Shown here one piece after another: positions 47,692 to 61,588 of a stretch of 64,000 nt of DNA; position 1 is the first letter of the stretch, and each line of letters starts with the position of its first letter. The notes below the pieces were generated by a model that saw only the letters and a program-made list of their open reading frames with translations, had not been told where the DNA came from and ran no database searches. A program made the translations under genes and the position numbers. The stretch is from Lingula anatina. Taxonomy: Eukaryota; Animalia; Brachiopoda. The DNA lies in the NCBI GenBank assembly GCA_051362555.1, contig CM120644.1, forward strand, positions 11,616,567 through 11,680,566, given 5' to 3'.

Positions 47692-50600
47692 ATGGCCGAC
47701 GCGAGACCGTCCTCACACGCCGGGGCGTTGATGTTGATGATGTCGGCTAAACTGTTATGTGGGATTTTACTGTTGCTAACGACGAGTCAGTTTTACCGTG
47801 CCGAAAGTCTTGCCCTTCATGACAATCACCGGGGAAGACACCATGTACATTTTAACACGGCAAACAGTAACAGTGACGGGAGAAGTAACAGTAATCGAAG
47901 GATTGACAGTGACAGTAACGGTACAGCGGTGCAACACCAGCAACAACAACAACAACAACATCAAAGTTTGCACCAGCAGCCGCTGCTTGTGCGACAACAA
48001 CAACAACAACAACAACAACAACAGGAGGCATACAACATTACAACAGTAACAACAACAATGCTCCCTGCCTCAGAGAAACAAATACGGTGGGCCAACGCCG
48101 CGTATAACTATGTGACAAATTTGACGTGTGAGGATGTCTTTTTCACTACGGAGAGAGAATGTGAAAAGCTAGTGAGACTTAAGAAGTCAGAACTCAATAT
48201 TTACCTGGCAGATCCGGTACCATCCGGGCGGCTGTCCTCAATTCTACCGGATGGGGGTCTGTCACGATCAGGCACCCACGATGCGGTGTTGACCTTGGAC
48301 CCCTACCCCCGGGCCAACTTCGGTCATCTTGTTGTTGTGTTTTATATCGACTTCGGATTATCCAGATCAATGTGTGAGCTGAAGGGTGGCCAATATATCG
48401 GTAAGTTTGACGGGTTTATTTAAAATTCTTTGTCCGATTTATTACTTTTTCCATAGATTGATAAGATGTTTTTATATGCCACATTTGAGCCTGAGTAGTA
48501 ACAAAAAGTATCTGTTCGAGCCCTTCTAGCTACAGTGCTTTGTCATTTATGGGTTTCTTAAAATATAAATGTCATTTATATGAAGTCGAGGTGACAATGT
48601 CACCTACCGCCCTGAGATTTCTACTCGCAACTTCAATTTTTCAGTCCTCTTTTCTCATTCCAAGCCACACGTAAATGAATAGCAGTCGTACGTGGTTTGT
48701 TTTGTTGATACAGCGACAAAATAGGCCCAATAATGTATTAGGGTGCTACTTTGTTTATTTTCCTTTGCGGCGTGTTTTAGTTAATGACATGGGGGATTAC
48801 GGAACGGTTGAGTTGACACAGTAACACGACAGCAATAACCCCAGGATAGGATTTAGAATAAGGCTCCGATATTAGTGAATCGTGAAGTTCTCGATTTCTC
48901 TTTTAGCAACACTGGACAACTTACCTTGTATGGCCTGCGTAGCTGTTGTGAAATTTGAAAACTCGTTTTGGAGATTTGTTTTAATTTGAGATGAGTGAAC
49001 ATTATCTGATTAATCTAATGATTAAAACAGCTGTAAAAATCACAAGGCAATACCTTCCCACCAGAAGGAAAACTAGGCAAAACGCTGTGGAGAAAAATTT
49101 ACGTATAGCGCAGCACATGTAATAGACACGTTTGCGGGGTATTTCATGATACCAAGTCTGGAATGCGTTATTATTTTCAAAACAGATTATTGTTTACACG
49201 TATATTTATAACAGCGGTGAACTATTTTCCTTTTTGAAACTGACACTACGCCACATTCCAGCGTCGTGTAGGATGTCTTGTTAACAATGTCGCAGGGCAG
49301 CGGTCGATGACGCTGGCGGACTACTCTGTAATGGCCTGGTCGCATGATGGGCTTGCGGAACGTGAAGGAAGCGCGAGGCGAGTCACCGCTGACGCGAGAC
49401 GTGCAATGCACGCGCCTGCTCCTCGGTCATGTAATCTGGGTGCATCGACCGAGATTACAGATTGGAAATCTTTCGGTTATATATTAAACTCTTAAAGCTG
49501 AACGTCCCTTCACCCTGCCTATATACGCCCCCCCCCCTCCTCCTCCTCGTAGGTAATGCATTTTCCAAGTACTGAAGCAAATTTTGAGATAAATTTTAAT
49601 TTTAGTTCTACACTCTCTCTCATAATTTCTGCAAAGTAGACTCAATCCCTGGTAAATCTCCTAGTACTGTATAAGCGCTCAAGTGCTTACAAGGTGTTGT
49701 TATTATTCCGTGTATAAATCCTGGTTCCCCCTATTCTAAATTACTTCTTCACAAATTCACACAGTTGTAACAATTTCTCCAGATGTCCCCGGGCTGTGTG
49801 TTAAACTACTCAAAATGCTTGTACGTGTGTGTTACAACTGTGCATACTACGCTGTCGTGGAGAATGAACACAAGCAAGTTTTTTTTATAAACGTTTGTGC
49901 GTATTTCGCTGTTGGGTTTTATGTTGATGATTTTGAGATCAACAATGACTGACGTATTTCTCTTTCATTTCTAAATCCCTGGATGCAAATGGTGTTTTTG
50001 CGACAGAGCAATGTTAACTCCGTTATACTTAACAGAATTAGCATGTTTTCGGTTTCCCTCTAGAAAAAAAGCTATGTGGAAAGGGGTGTTGATAGAAACC
50101 GACCATCTCGGTACACTTCAGCGTACAGGTAACAATGCCAGGTTAAGCGAACGAAGCTCAGGCGGTAAAGATCAAAGGAAAGAGGCCTCTAAGCTTGAAC
50201 ACAACAATAGTCAGAACACCAAGCACGGGGAGGGGGAGTAAGGACTCGGAGTCGCGGAATGAGTCTCATTTGTGCCTTAAATCAACGATTTGCTTTGATG
50301 CCTTGTTTCGTAATCACCGGGTCGCAGCTGGAAGGGGGGGGGGGAGAGAAGAGATGAAAGGGGCTCATACTGATCACACACGGGCAACGACCCTTGATTC
50401 TGATTTTGATATCAAGCGCTTTTTCGCAGTTGTTGTTTTGGGCGTCTGACCGACAGTCCCGATAGTTCGCGCATCTTTATATCTATAGATGATGAAGCAC
50501 GCTGGAGATTCGTCCTTCTCCCTCTCTCTCTCTGTGAGATACACACTTATCCAATGGCTCTGACAGTCATCCAAACCTTTAAAAAAGCGAGGGAGTGGCC

Positions 50601-53600
50601 TTTCTCCCTCCCCAGCTCTCTCTCTCTCTCTTTCTCTCGCAGCAAGGGACAGTAAGAAGAAAAACGATAGCCGTAGCATTTACCAACCACTGTGATAAGC
50701 TCAACGAGTCCCTCACGTAGTGTAGTGCTTGTGTCCATCCTCTCGTGTATATATGTCTATGTAAATATATCTTTGACCAGATCGATAGGTGAGAGAGAGA
50801 GAAAGGGGGGCATCGTAGAAGGCATCGGAAAAGGATTTATATGCTCAATGGATATGGGAGCTTGGGGGCTTTTCCCCAAGTTTGGACAGGAGCGACTACG
50901 ACCACAGTGATACCCCATGGTGTTGTCTTGACCATCAACGTCAACGCTGTCATTGTGGTCCGCGCTCATTGCTGGTAAATACGGGCTGTTAATAGGTCAC
51001 TTTTAACTAAACATCAAAGGGACCGACAACCAATTACGGCGCACTCCTAATCGGCACCCTGCCGAAGGCCTCAAATATTGATTCGGCGTTTCTATTCTCA
51101 TTTGTTGGTATATAATATAAGTGTAGTATTTTCATTCTCTCCCCTTGTTAGTGTGTTGTAATGAAAGCACGACTACCCAAGGAATCGGAGTAGTCGTGTT
51201 AACGCGTTTGAAACGCACCGTGTTGTTACCTAGTTAAACGCAAGCAAGTTGTATTGAAGGATCTGCGGCCCATTAAAATATCACACCTTGGCGTTTCAGA
51301 GTAGGAGTTGGTCAGGGAAACTCTGCTCAGTCTCCTGGCGGCCCGAGTGCCGAGTTGTGAGAACTTGGAGAGAAAACATGGGTGACGGAGATAAAATGGT
51401 CGGGATTTATAGAATGTTACATCCCCGTGAGAGGTGTACATTGTATAGCACCTGTGTGGAAAGATAGCATAGAAGAGGTCCATTCCTTTGATGTGCCCGC
51501 TTCTTCTGTTTGACGCGAATGAATAAATAGGGGAATGTCTGAAATTAAAATACGAAACGGCATTAAAGTGTGATTCTAATTATCAGAATTGCAGGCTGTC
51601 TCGTTTTATGATTATTAGCACCGTGTCTCTCCGTGTGGCGGTTTTGTCTGTTATCTTATTTTTGAAGAAAAAAGTCAACAGTGGCGCGAGGTCGTATTTG
51701 ACATGTGTTGTTTCTACATGTTCTTTTTATACAGGTATTAAAAGAGTCTCATACAGATTCAGATCGCTTGGCAGATATTCACCTGTACAATCATAACTTT
51801 TGGCTACTAACTGCACCGTTATATAAATAAATAAACAACACAAACAGATAACTCGTATATGTGTCATGTATGTGAGTTTCCAGTGTCTTTACGCATGCGG
51901 GCGATGAGTCACATAAAAGATTTGATATAAGCACACATGCCAAGGACATAGAATCTAGACTAAAATCGTTTTCATACATGTCTTCGCACTCCAAAAATTT
52001 CTAACCAGAAGATGGTGTGGTGATGTACTCTTGATCATGGAGTGTATCTCAGTCCAATCACCTCGATCAAATAATGGCATTATATGAGACAGAAGACAAC
52101 CTCTTGTTCCTCACTGCCCTGTGATACTTGCCGCTGTGTACACTCGAGTGTCCCTGTACTTGTCAAAACCATTGAGCCTTCGTGTATCGAGTGTGTCAAA
52201 TAAGCCGCCGATCCCCCCTTCCTTTTGTCCCCGGCGGCGCACATGTAGCGTGACCGCGTTGTACACGGGGCCTTCAACTCCTCTTGTCGACAGGCGAATT
52301 AATATGTTAAATTTTCTGGAAAACATGGTTCTTTTTACTCCTTTTTTCTGTCTTACACGCCGGCTGGATGCCGCAAGGAAGAGGAGAATAGTCGGATACA
52401 AAGGAGATACGGTGCTTGCTTGTGATGGTTTTATTGCAACTTCAAAGCACCTGAACGCTTTTCATCCCAGCGAACGCTACCTGCAAATGCTTAAGGTGGC
52501 GAACTGTGCCATGCCAGCAGCGTGCACATACGATCCTGTGTAGTCTTGAAAGGCTTCTCAGCGTTCCCCAGGGTTTTAGAAAAAACACTCTTTTCTGTCC
52601 ACGCGTGCGTTGCGAAATGACTTTTAAAAATGACAATATTTTCTTCTTAATGTTGCAAATAAAATTTAAACTAGCGGTACATAAAACTATTTTGGTTTTA
52701 TTCATGCGTAAACCCGCTTACATTTCAACTCATTCAGTGCCACAAGCTATTTGCTAAAGAGTCCGCAATGTCGAAGCCTATTTCGTCCTAAGAAAAGTCA
52801 GTTCCAGAGTGCTTTAACCCCCCAAATCACCAATAAATTAGTGTACCTTTTCATAAAGACATAAGCGGACTATTACCACTTGGCCGTTACCCCTAAACAG
52901 TTATTTCTTTGATAAAATTTAATCCCGTGCTACAAGAGCTCTGCTTGCGCGCCGTATCTTATCTGTGAAATAATAGGGGACCCGGGAAACCTAATTACTT
53001 TTCAATACGCCGCTTGCCAGATTTACAAGAACGAGTGATTTGAAGTACGTTTAGGCTCCATGAGAAAGAACGAAGATTGAGTTTTTTCGTAAACAACTCG
53101 TTGCTAAAACCTACAAATTAAACCGTTATTTAGAGTGATACTAGACGTTAAAGCTTCTCGAATAAATGCACTCAGCCGAAGTGATATGGCTTTGCTTCGA
53201 CTTCGTTTGAAACCCAACAGTTGGGAAAGAGACGCTAAATCTTTGACTTTTTAGCTATGCCCATATTGAATTTTGAAATAAAGAGTTCACTAAATTCCAT
53301 TCACAAGATCTGGTAATGGTCATACATATGGTGTTAATAGCCCAAGCAATAAGCCGCCATCACGGTTACTTAAACCCCACGAAACTGACTAAAATTATTT
53401 GGAGATGGGTTTTCGACCGGTCGCCGCAATTATCCTTCCATCACAATATTTCACCAGTCATCATCCCTCCCAAACCACGAGATTACGTCCCCCTTTCCCT
53501 GCCCATCATTACACGGTCAATTGGGCGCTGCGGGACCCCCTTTTAATCTCCAAACAGCCCGACTTTGTGCTTTATGCGTTTTGACCTCTCTTCTAAAACC

Positions 53601-55578
53601 ATCAAACTTTAAACACTGTGTCACGGCCATTTCGGACGGTAAACCTTCATTTGCGGTGGCTTTTGAGTATGAAAGAGAGAGATTGTAATCAGATGAGCAC
53701 GTGACGACTTGTTAAGCTGGGCAGACGACAAATTAACAGCATTCAACCCGGCGGGAAAACGCTGCCCGATTTTATCGTCTGATTGCCTTAGGACTGAAAG
53801 AAGTTCAGTTTAATTTTAATTTATAGAAGTAAGACGAGGTCATGGACACTGCCGGCCGTTGAGATAACGTAACAGGTAATAAAAAAGCTAATTGGGCTGG
53901 TTTTGATGTGCCTAATTTCTTATACACTTCAAAAGGAGCGTTCTTTTGATCTTTTCTTTGCAGTTTTTCATTTCGGTGTTCCTATGTGTGTTCACTCCTA
54001 CTCGCGGCGATCATGAGATCGCAGGAAAACTGAACTCTTCACAGACTGAGACAGTAAGCTCACTCTCGCTTACACACACACAAACACAGGACTTTGGTTG
54101 TTCGATCAAAGGCACTACCTTCTAATTTCTTCACCAAATTGTCAACAGTAGTATTGACTCAGGAACTCATAGTAAATAACGTTTCACAAGGGCGTCCCGC
54201 TCTTCTTTGACTAGAGACTCGCCCTTTTTTCAATAGAGCCCAAACCGACAGAAACCCAACCCCAGTGACAAATTGGCTGGTTTAGAAAAGATTATTAGAG
54301 CTTACTAAAAATTCTATTCAACTTCAAACTATGTGCAGGTTCCTACGCCCCAACTCGGTCAATATCAAAATATTATCCTTATTAAGCGAGAGGGTCATTA
54401 AGCGATAGTGATAGCAATTTCTCAACGCGTCTTAACGGATTCTTCCCCAGTAACTGTTATTCTATTTGTTTAAAAAGCATGAGTCACAGTGAGAGGCAGA
54501 CTAAGACACCTCATACCTGTTACGAATTGTCGTCCAAATCACTGTTGATTAGACCGGTATTTTCTTTCCACAAAAAATAAATCGCTGCGATTATCTAAGC
54601 TAGCAAACATCAAAGGCGTAAGGTTTCACTGCACACACCGGGGCGCTCTCTTTTCACTCAGTTTTTTTTTTCTGTTTTATTTTTTTTTTCAAGCATGAAT
54701 TAATTTCGTTTCCTTCACACCTGCGGAACACGACGTTGAGAAAGCAAGCCGGCGGATTTCCGCAGTATTTTGGGATGTGGGTTTTGGGGATTCCTTTCAC
54801 TTGCATTCGATCCCGTACACCTGTATTTACGAGATCAAATATGATTTGATACCTGAGAAAGTCAGACTTTTTTGTCATCTCTCTCTCTCTTTCTCTCTCT
54901 CTCAAACACACAGTCATACATAGGCCTACACACAGACACACTATATTTGACCCCCCCCCCCAAAAAAAAAAAAAAAAAAATCCTTATACGGATAAGTCAT
55001 CCAGTTGAGAAAAAAAACAGGATAAAAAATGAATTTTACTTAATTAAATTAAAATCAAACATTGACAAAGCCAGAAGCGTTCCCCAGCTCTCCCGGTGTG
55101 TATGTATAGCCCAGTGGACCGTGCACTTTCCCCGCTACCGAACACCCCACTCCGCCCTCTCAACCGGCGGATTAAACCCACTTGAGAATTCGAGGACGCT
55201 GTGCCTTAATCTCCCCTCACACACACCTCCGCGCGGCACGCCTTCAAGTGGGTGATTTCTAAACTTTCATCACTTAATAGGAGTGACTCTCGAGCGTGTC
55301 ACCCTCATGGTTATATCCACATCTCCCAAGAGGTCTTTGAAGATGATTTTTGATTTCTACGCTCTTATGAGTCTTCCGGTTTACGACAAGAGCCTGTTGA
55401 CACATAATATCATGAGTTCGGGTTTACTTTGCGTTCAAGCGAGCAGTTTAGTGGTTTTACTGGAGTACTAGCACGGGAGTCTAGCTACATACATTGTATA
55501 ATAATAATAATAAAAAAAAATAATAATAATATAACTACCTAATCATTTTCTGTGATAGAGAGGTTAACCCATTTCATA

Positions 55579-55619
<41 letters not shown>

Positions 55620-55682
55620 AAACAAACAAACAAAAAAACCGATTCTCTCTTTCACCACCTCCGCCACTCTCTCCCTCTTCCT

Positions 55683-55719
<37 letters not shown>

Positions 55720-57863
55720 TCCCGTTCTCTCCCCTCAGACAAAGGTTAACCTTAGGCATATGTCGTGAAGCCGTAATGTGGCAGGCTCTCCTCTGTGGGA
55801 TAAATGTTGTGTTTTAAACTGTTTAAACAACTGTTGAGAGCTGTTAAACTCATCAGAGGGGTTGGGTTACTAGTCTACAGCAGAGCTCAAAATTTTCACC
55901 CACTTTTTACACATCTTTCAATGATTAAGCATGAAAACGTTCGACATGAATTAATGTTTTGGTTTTAGGCATGATTGTTGCAAAAATATCTCTGTCACTC
56001 ATTTGCACGTGTCAGACAATTACTTTGGTCTATCTTTAGATTTTTCTTCTTAAAATTTCGCTTGAAAGATGGGGCACATGATTTCCACACTTCCTCAAAT
56101 GTTTCACGGCTCGTTTGTCGACGACACCATGGCTTATGTTCCTAAAATAAGTGTGAACCGGAAAACGATTTTTTCACAAGCTGGTATGCTTTAGATGCGT
56201 TTTCATTAATGCTCATTTGTCAAGTTCAAAAACACCGCCACCCGAAAATAGTTCCGATTACGACGAGTGGTTTATTAAAGTACGTTCTTGTCCGTGAAGA
56301 GTTCGCCGTCATAGGATTTGATAATCCATTCAAGTTACTGTAGAAATTACTCTCTCACCGGCGGCGCAGCGGGCCCAGTGAGTTCAGGATGTGAACATGT
56401 CTGACGAAATATGTGTCAAGCTATAACGAGAGATTTATGGAACAGAGGAGTGTATGTTTTATTTTATTTCATCGTCCGACACCAAAGTATCGACAATGAA
56501 AATAGATGCCTTCTTTTTCTTTTTCCATCTCTCTTTCTCTGTCTCTCTTGCGACAAATCAAATTAACAGTTCAAAAACATACCAAAATACACTTTCTTTC
56601 ATGATAATCAATGTTAGCACTGCACGTAACAAGCACAAATTGAGAGCGATTAGCGTCAAAGAGGAGTTTAACTTATTGATGTTAATCTGGTTACTGGTAA
56701 TAAGCCTATTCTGAGAGTCGGGTGTACTCTTTGCCATGATGTGCCTTGAGAGTTTGTCCATATTGCACTGGAAAAGATGGGAAAAGATCAAAAGTCGAAG
56801 GAAACATTGGATGATGTTTAAAGTGCCTAACGTTATTTTTAAGAAAATCATTATCTAAGCCCCATTTTTGTTAATCTTTTTTGTGTTATGCATCAATCGA
56901 TTGCTTAAAGCAATACCACATTTGCATTCTTTAAAGTCTTCTCGTTGGCAAACTCTTCATTTTGTATTTCACCATTTTAACCGGTGTTGTTTAAATCACG
57001 ACATAAGGGACAAGGATGATCAAAGTGACTTCCTATTACATCTAACAGCATATTTGTTTCTTTAATCCACAAAATGTACATTAATTGAAAGTAAATGATT
57101 TTATTTCATTCCTTGTGACCCCTGTATTTTATTTACTTGTTGCGTTCCTGAGATGGGATTGATCAAAGGGGTTTCGTATTGGTAGAAACAGCAGGAATGT
57201 CCTCACTGGCCTAATTTAAATATTTTTATGTCCTTTTAGTCCTTGTAACATTTTTTGTCTCCAAAGAATGTTATGATCCAGGGAAGGGTTGATTGTTTTT
57301 AACAAAAGGAAACCACTTCATGTAACGGTCAAGGAATACTTGTCTCAACTGAATCACTGATGAGATCTACTTTTTTTCGATTTTAGGGGACGACGAGTGT
57401 CTGAGTCTCGCTCTTAAGAAAAGGTGCAAGAATGCTCTAGAAAGTCGACGGAAACGTAAGAACTTCGCCAGACGCTGCGAGATCAACTTTTTACCTCTGG
57501 TTTACGAACACGGGGAAGGCAGCAACAAACGGACGCAATTACTTTCCTGTCGGAACAACATCCCTGACTTTGGAGCCTGTCCCGAAACTAGACCCGAAAG
57601 CGAAATGTCTAAATTATATTGCGATCCAATCGCTGAAAACACACGACGGTGTGAAACCACGCACGATATCGTTAGGACGAGATGTCGTGTGTTCGAGATT
57701 TGCGACCATGCTGTCTTGCTCTCTGGAGGCTGGGACAAACACGGGAGCTTGATGAGACACAAGCAAAACATTATAGAGTTTTATGGAATGCTTCGAAATA
57801 ATGGATTTAAACGAGGCAATATCAAGATTTTCTTTGCCAACGGCCTGGAAAACGGAATCGAAG
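47692..57863 (+). CDS. Uncharacterised secreted Cys-rich protein (signal peptide, polyQ, legumain/clan-CD peptidase-like motif); first two coding exons, gene incomplete in this window
   Basis: Exon 47692-48400 (ATCG|gtaagt) and exon 57387-57863 (ttttag|GG ... GAAG|gtgagt), both phase 1, in frame. Hydrophobic leader LLCGILLLLTT, polyQ, many Cys, then DHAVLLSGGW...RHKQNIIEFYGMLRNNGFKRGNIKIFFANG. Confidence 0.8.
47938..48023 (+). repeat. (CAA)n coding repeats (two polyQ tracts)
   Basis: Directly visible within the exon. Confidence 0.9.
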
Positions 57864-60800
57864 GTGAGTTTCTTTAAAATCAGGTACATGTGGAAAAACT
57901 GGCTGAGAAGAAAATAAAAAGGAATGAATGAATGACTGAAAAGAGTGAACAAGTGGCCACACATTAAACAGTAGATTAAGCGTTCACAGGCAAAATAAAA
58001 GCAGGCGATCTGGAAAGCCTAAAAATTGTTTTTTAAAAATTTCAAATTGAAAATTTGTGTGGTGAATAAGTTGAGCTTTTGCCAACCAGGTGTTGTAGAC
58101 AAATGAAAATTAGGGACAAGATCGTGTCAAGCGGATAGGAATGGGAACGTCTTGGGTTGGTCGCATACCATGGCGCCGCCGCAACATCATTTTTCCTTCA
58201 GATCTTCACACTCTCAAATAACACCAAATATTACAACAGAAAATTGTTTATATTAGGCGGCTAAATGATAAGAATGTCAACATAACCCGTACAACAAGGG
58301 ATGGGGCACTGGGTGTAATATAGATAAAAGAGCTCGCATTCTTGGAGAAGGGAAGGTTTTTAGCTTCAAAGAGAAGGTGTTTTTCAGAAGAGCCAGCCTC
58401 CGTAACGTGAGGAGCGAAGAGTCAAACACATGTCCTTGATATGGAGAGGATAGAATACAGAGAATGAGTACACTAGCATTGTGTGCATAATTGGGCCTCT
58501 TTTGATCCTGTCCTTTCTCTACTCTTCTCGCCATATGCTTGCACGATCTAAGATGCATTCAGGGTCTTGTGCATGTGTGAAAAGGACGCTCTTTGGGGGG
58601 AAGAAAACAGATGGAACGCGCTCCAGTAAGCGCCTATGGCCACTCGCCTTTGATGACGAGAGCTCAAACGCGGGTCCCCATTCTTGTTCGCTTTGAGTCG
58701 CGTAGCTGAGGCGAGTGGAAAGTAAGCATCATTACTGGCACATTACAGCCTATTTCCCATTGTAGTGCATTGACGGCCTAATGTTGAAGCTTTGTACGCG
58801 CCCTTTTCATTGTGGAGAAACTCGGGGGAAAGCCGAGATGGGAATTCCTGTCTCCACTCAGCTGTGAAAATGAGCTCCAACTCTGACACTGTGGGTTAGA
58901 GAACTTCTAGATGCTCCTGTCACAGGCGTCAAATATTTATGAAGTTATTGATCGTTTAATTGCAATCAAGCTGCTGAATGCACATTGTACGGTCAGTCCA
59001 GGAAAACGATTTGATTTCAGTCTATCAGACACTGTCTATGACCCGCGGGCTCGCTTTTCACTTTTGGGCATGACGAATTAAAAAATCGTGGAATTAAAGA
59101 TGGGAAAAACGAATTAGATTATATTCTTATATTAGGACAAACATGTATACTACTATTAATAATAATTTTGATGTTGTTGTGAATCTAACTGAATACGGGG
59201 CCTTGTTTTACTATTACATGTAGGAAATGATGAGAAGTGATGGAAATCCCAAATGCAGAAATCCTCCCACCTGCGGCAGGAGCCACAGGGGCTAACACGC
59301 GTGAAAAGTTTTAAACAAACTTTATTTGTTTACTTAGGTTAGCCGCTTTCTGTAGCCATTGTATGTGCACGTGCGACAGGGCCTTAAGGAAAACAATCAC
59401 AGGAAAACAGTAGCAAAATTTATGGGAAGCTGAAAATGTAATCATCTCGGTGAAAATAGCCGCTCATGGGCGCTGCGTTACAATTATTCTAACGCAGGAT
59501 CAGTCTGGTTGGTACGCTTGCTTTCATAGAATGGAGATCGAACATCTACCCTAAATGTTTGAATAGCCAAAAAGCCTAAATCTAGATCTTCAAAAAATAA
59601 ATCAATCCATTAATGAATACCCATTAGGTGTCTTACAATGTCTGATCTTCTGAAATTTTGGCTTGATTTGTTGGTCACTGAGATTGTTAATAGTATACAC
59701 TCTTACCATTTTGACAAAGTAAACAATTTAAAAACGCCAGTGTAACCGATTTGTGCTTTGTGACGTCACCATACGGATTTGATTGCGTCACATATAATCA
59801 GTCTGTTGATAATTTCTGACACTCTATCATATTGGCACTTTTTCACAAAGTTGATCAGTAGAAATAGGACTGCATGGCCTTGGCAAGTGGAAAAAGCTCC
59901 CAAGTCGTCCTTTCAAACATGTTCTAAGGCGCCTAAATGATACATAAATTACCTACGCATTGCAAATTATTATTTATTCATTTTTTTATAAATAAATTAG
60001 CAAATTTTGATACAATGCCAATGATCTAAGAATAGAGCACGCAGTGATGATATATGTACAATTATATATATGTATATAACAGAAAAAAGGGGATATCTTT
60101 TTAAAATCCACAAAGTGCATATAGTGCACAGGGATCAAATACCTCATTTTGCTAAAATATAACAATATATGTGTCGTGTCGGGTAAATGTTTCTTTTGTA
60201 CCGCGATAGGCATTTTACGTCATTTGAGTCAACATGGACACATATTTTTTCTGGCTGATTCTTTTAAATCAGTCTTGATTGAAATTGCACATTTCCCTCC
60301 CCGTATTTTAGAGCAATACTTTGACACAGAATGCGGTATAAATGATGATCATAACGTTCAGATTGTGCGGTGCAGTATTCACATTGAACACGCATAAGCT
60401 CAACTTTACTATATTTATTACAATACGTGCCTGTGAATTTCAGACCTTTCTTGACTTTCTTGGGCCACCAAGATTTTGACTGACAAGGGGTGGAAAGGGG
60501 CGGTTATAGAGATGGTGTGTGTATGTGTGTGTGTGCGTGCGTGCGTGTGTGTGTGTGTTTGAGGGGGGTAGAGGAGGGTAAGGGACTTGGAGTCACGACG
60601 CCTGCCCTCCTCTCTGTTAAGTTGCAAACCTGTTATTTTTGAAAGCACAACCTCGTGGCCCCTCGTGATCATAGCGGCGTTGGCTCCCTCAAAGTTTTCT
60701 TGTAGCACGTGGAGAGAAGGGTCGACTTTATCAAAGGTTTCTCCTGTAACTCACCGTGATTTGATTAGTTAGACTAACGATTCTAATTACGGCTCTCTTA

Positions 60801-61546
60801 CCACCAGTGGGCTTTGATCTTCTGTTTGTAACCAACCTCCTCTCGTTGGTTATCCACTCTATTCCGCGTCGGGCTCACTTGAACCAGAAATTTCTTCTAA
60901 CTGATCAGCTGACATGAAAACGTGGGTTAAATTGAAACATTAAACCAATATGTGACAATTTAGAAAAAAACATGTATCTCATAAACGAACTATTTACCCA
61001 TAATGATGCCGTTTGGCAAATTAAATTGTTATTAAAATACTCTTTTTATAGCATATGACTTCTGGTTGTTGGAGAGGCGGGGGCGTTCTTCGGAATTCTT
61101 CCCCCAGGGTTTCAAGGGTTAGAAACCGTGCCCCGAATCTTGGTCCCAAGACGTTTCTTCAGAGCCCAGGTGTAACTGCGCTGGGTCGGTTCGTTAATGT
61201 CAAGTTTGACGGCATACTAAGGTCTTGATCAGAGCACTATGTGCAACTGTTTCGCGTGTACTTAATGGCTCGGATCGCCTCTGGTTAAAGGGGGAACAGA
61301 TTGGCAGGTTTCGGGCGCTTTGATGCTTGGCCGTTTGATTGACAATTTGTGCTCAGTCAAAGAGTTTGCTTTTTAGTATTAATCTGCAGAAACGCCTTGC
61401 AGTACATTCCCCGCTCTTTCTGAGCGCTGCGTTGGCCTGTTGTTTATCATCTTAAGTTGTTTCTTATTATTTCCCAAAATATATTTTGCTGTTTGTTATC
61501 TGGGGGCATTGTTCTATGGTGTGTGGTGAAGACCTGGACTCCACTG

Positions 61547-61588
<42 letters not shown>

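Noticed and set aside
49000-56900. Numerous 60-140 aa ORFs in the large intron
   Set aside because: No domain motifs, coding bias or consistent splice sites; better explained as regulatory non-coding DNA.
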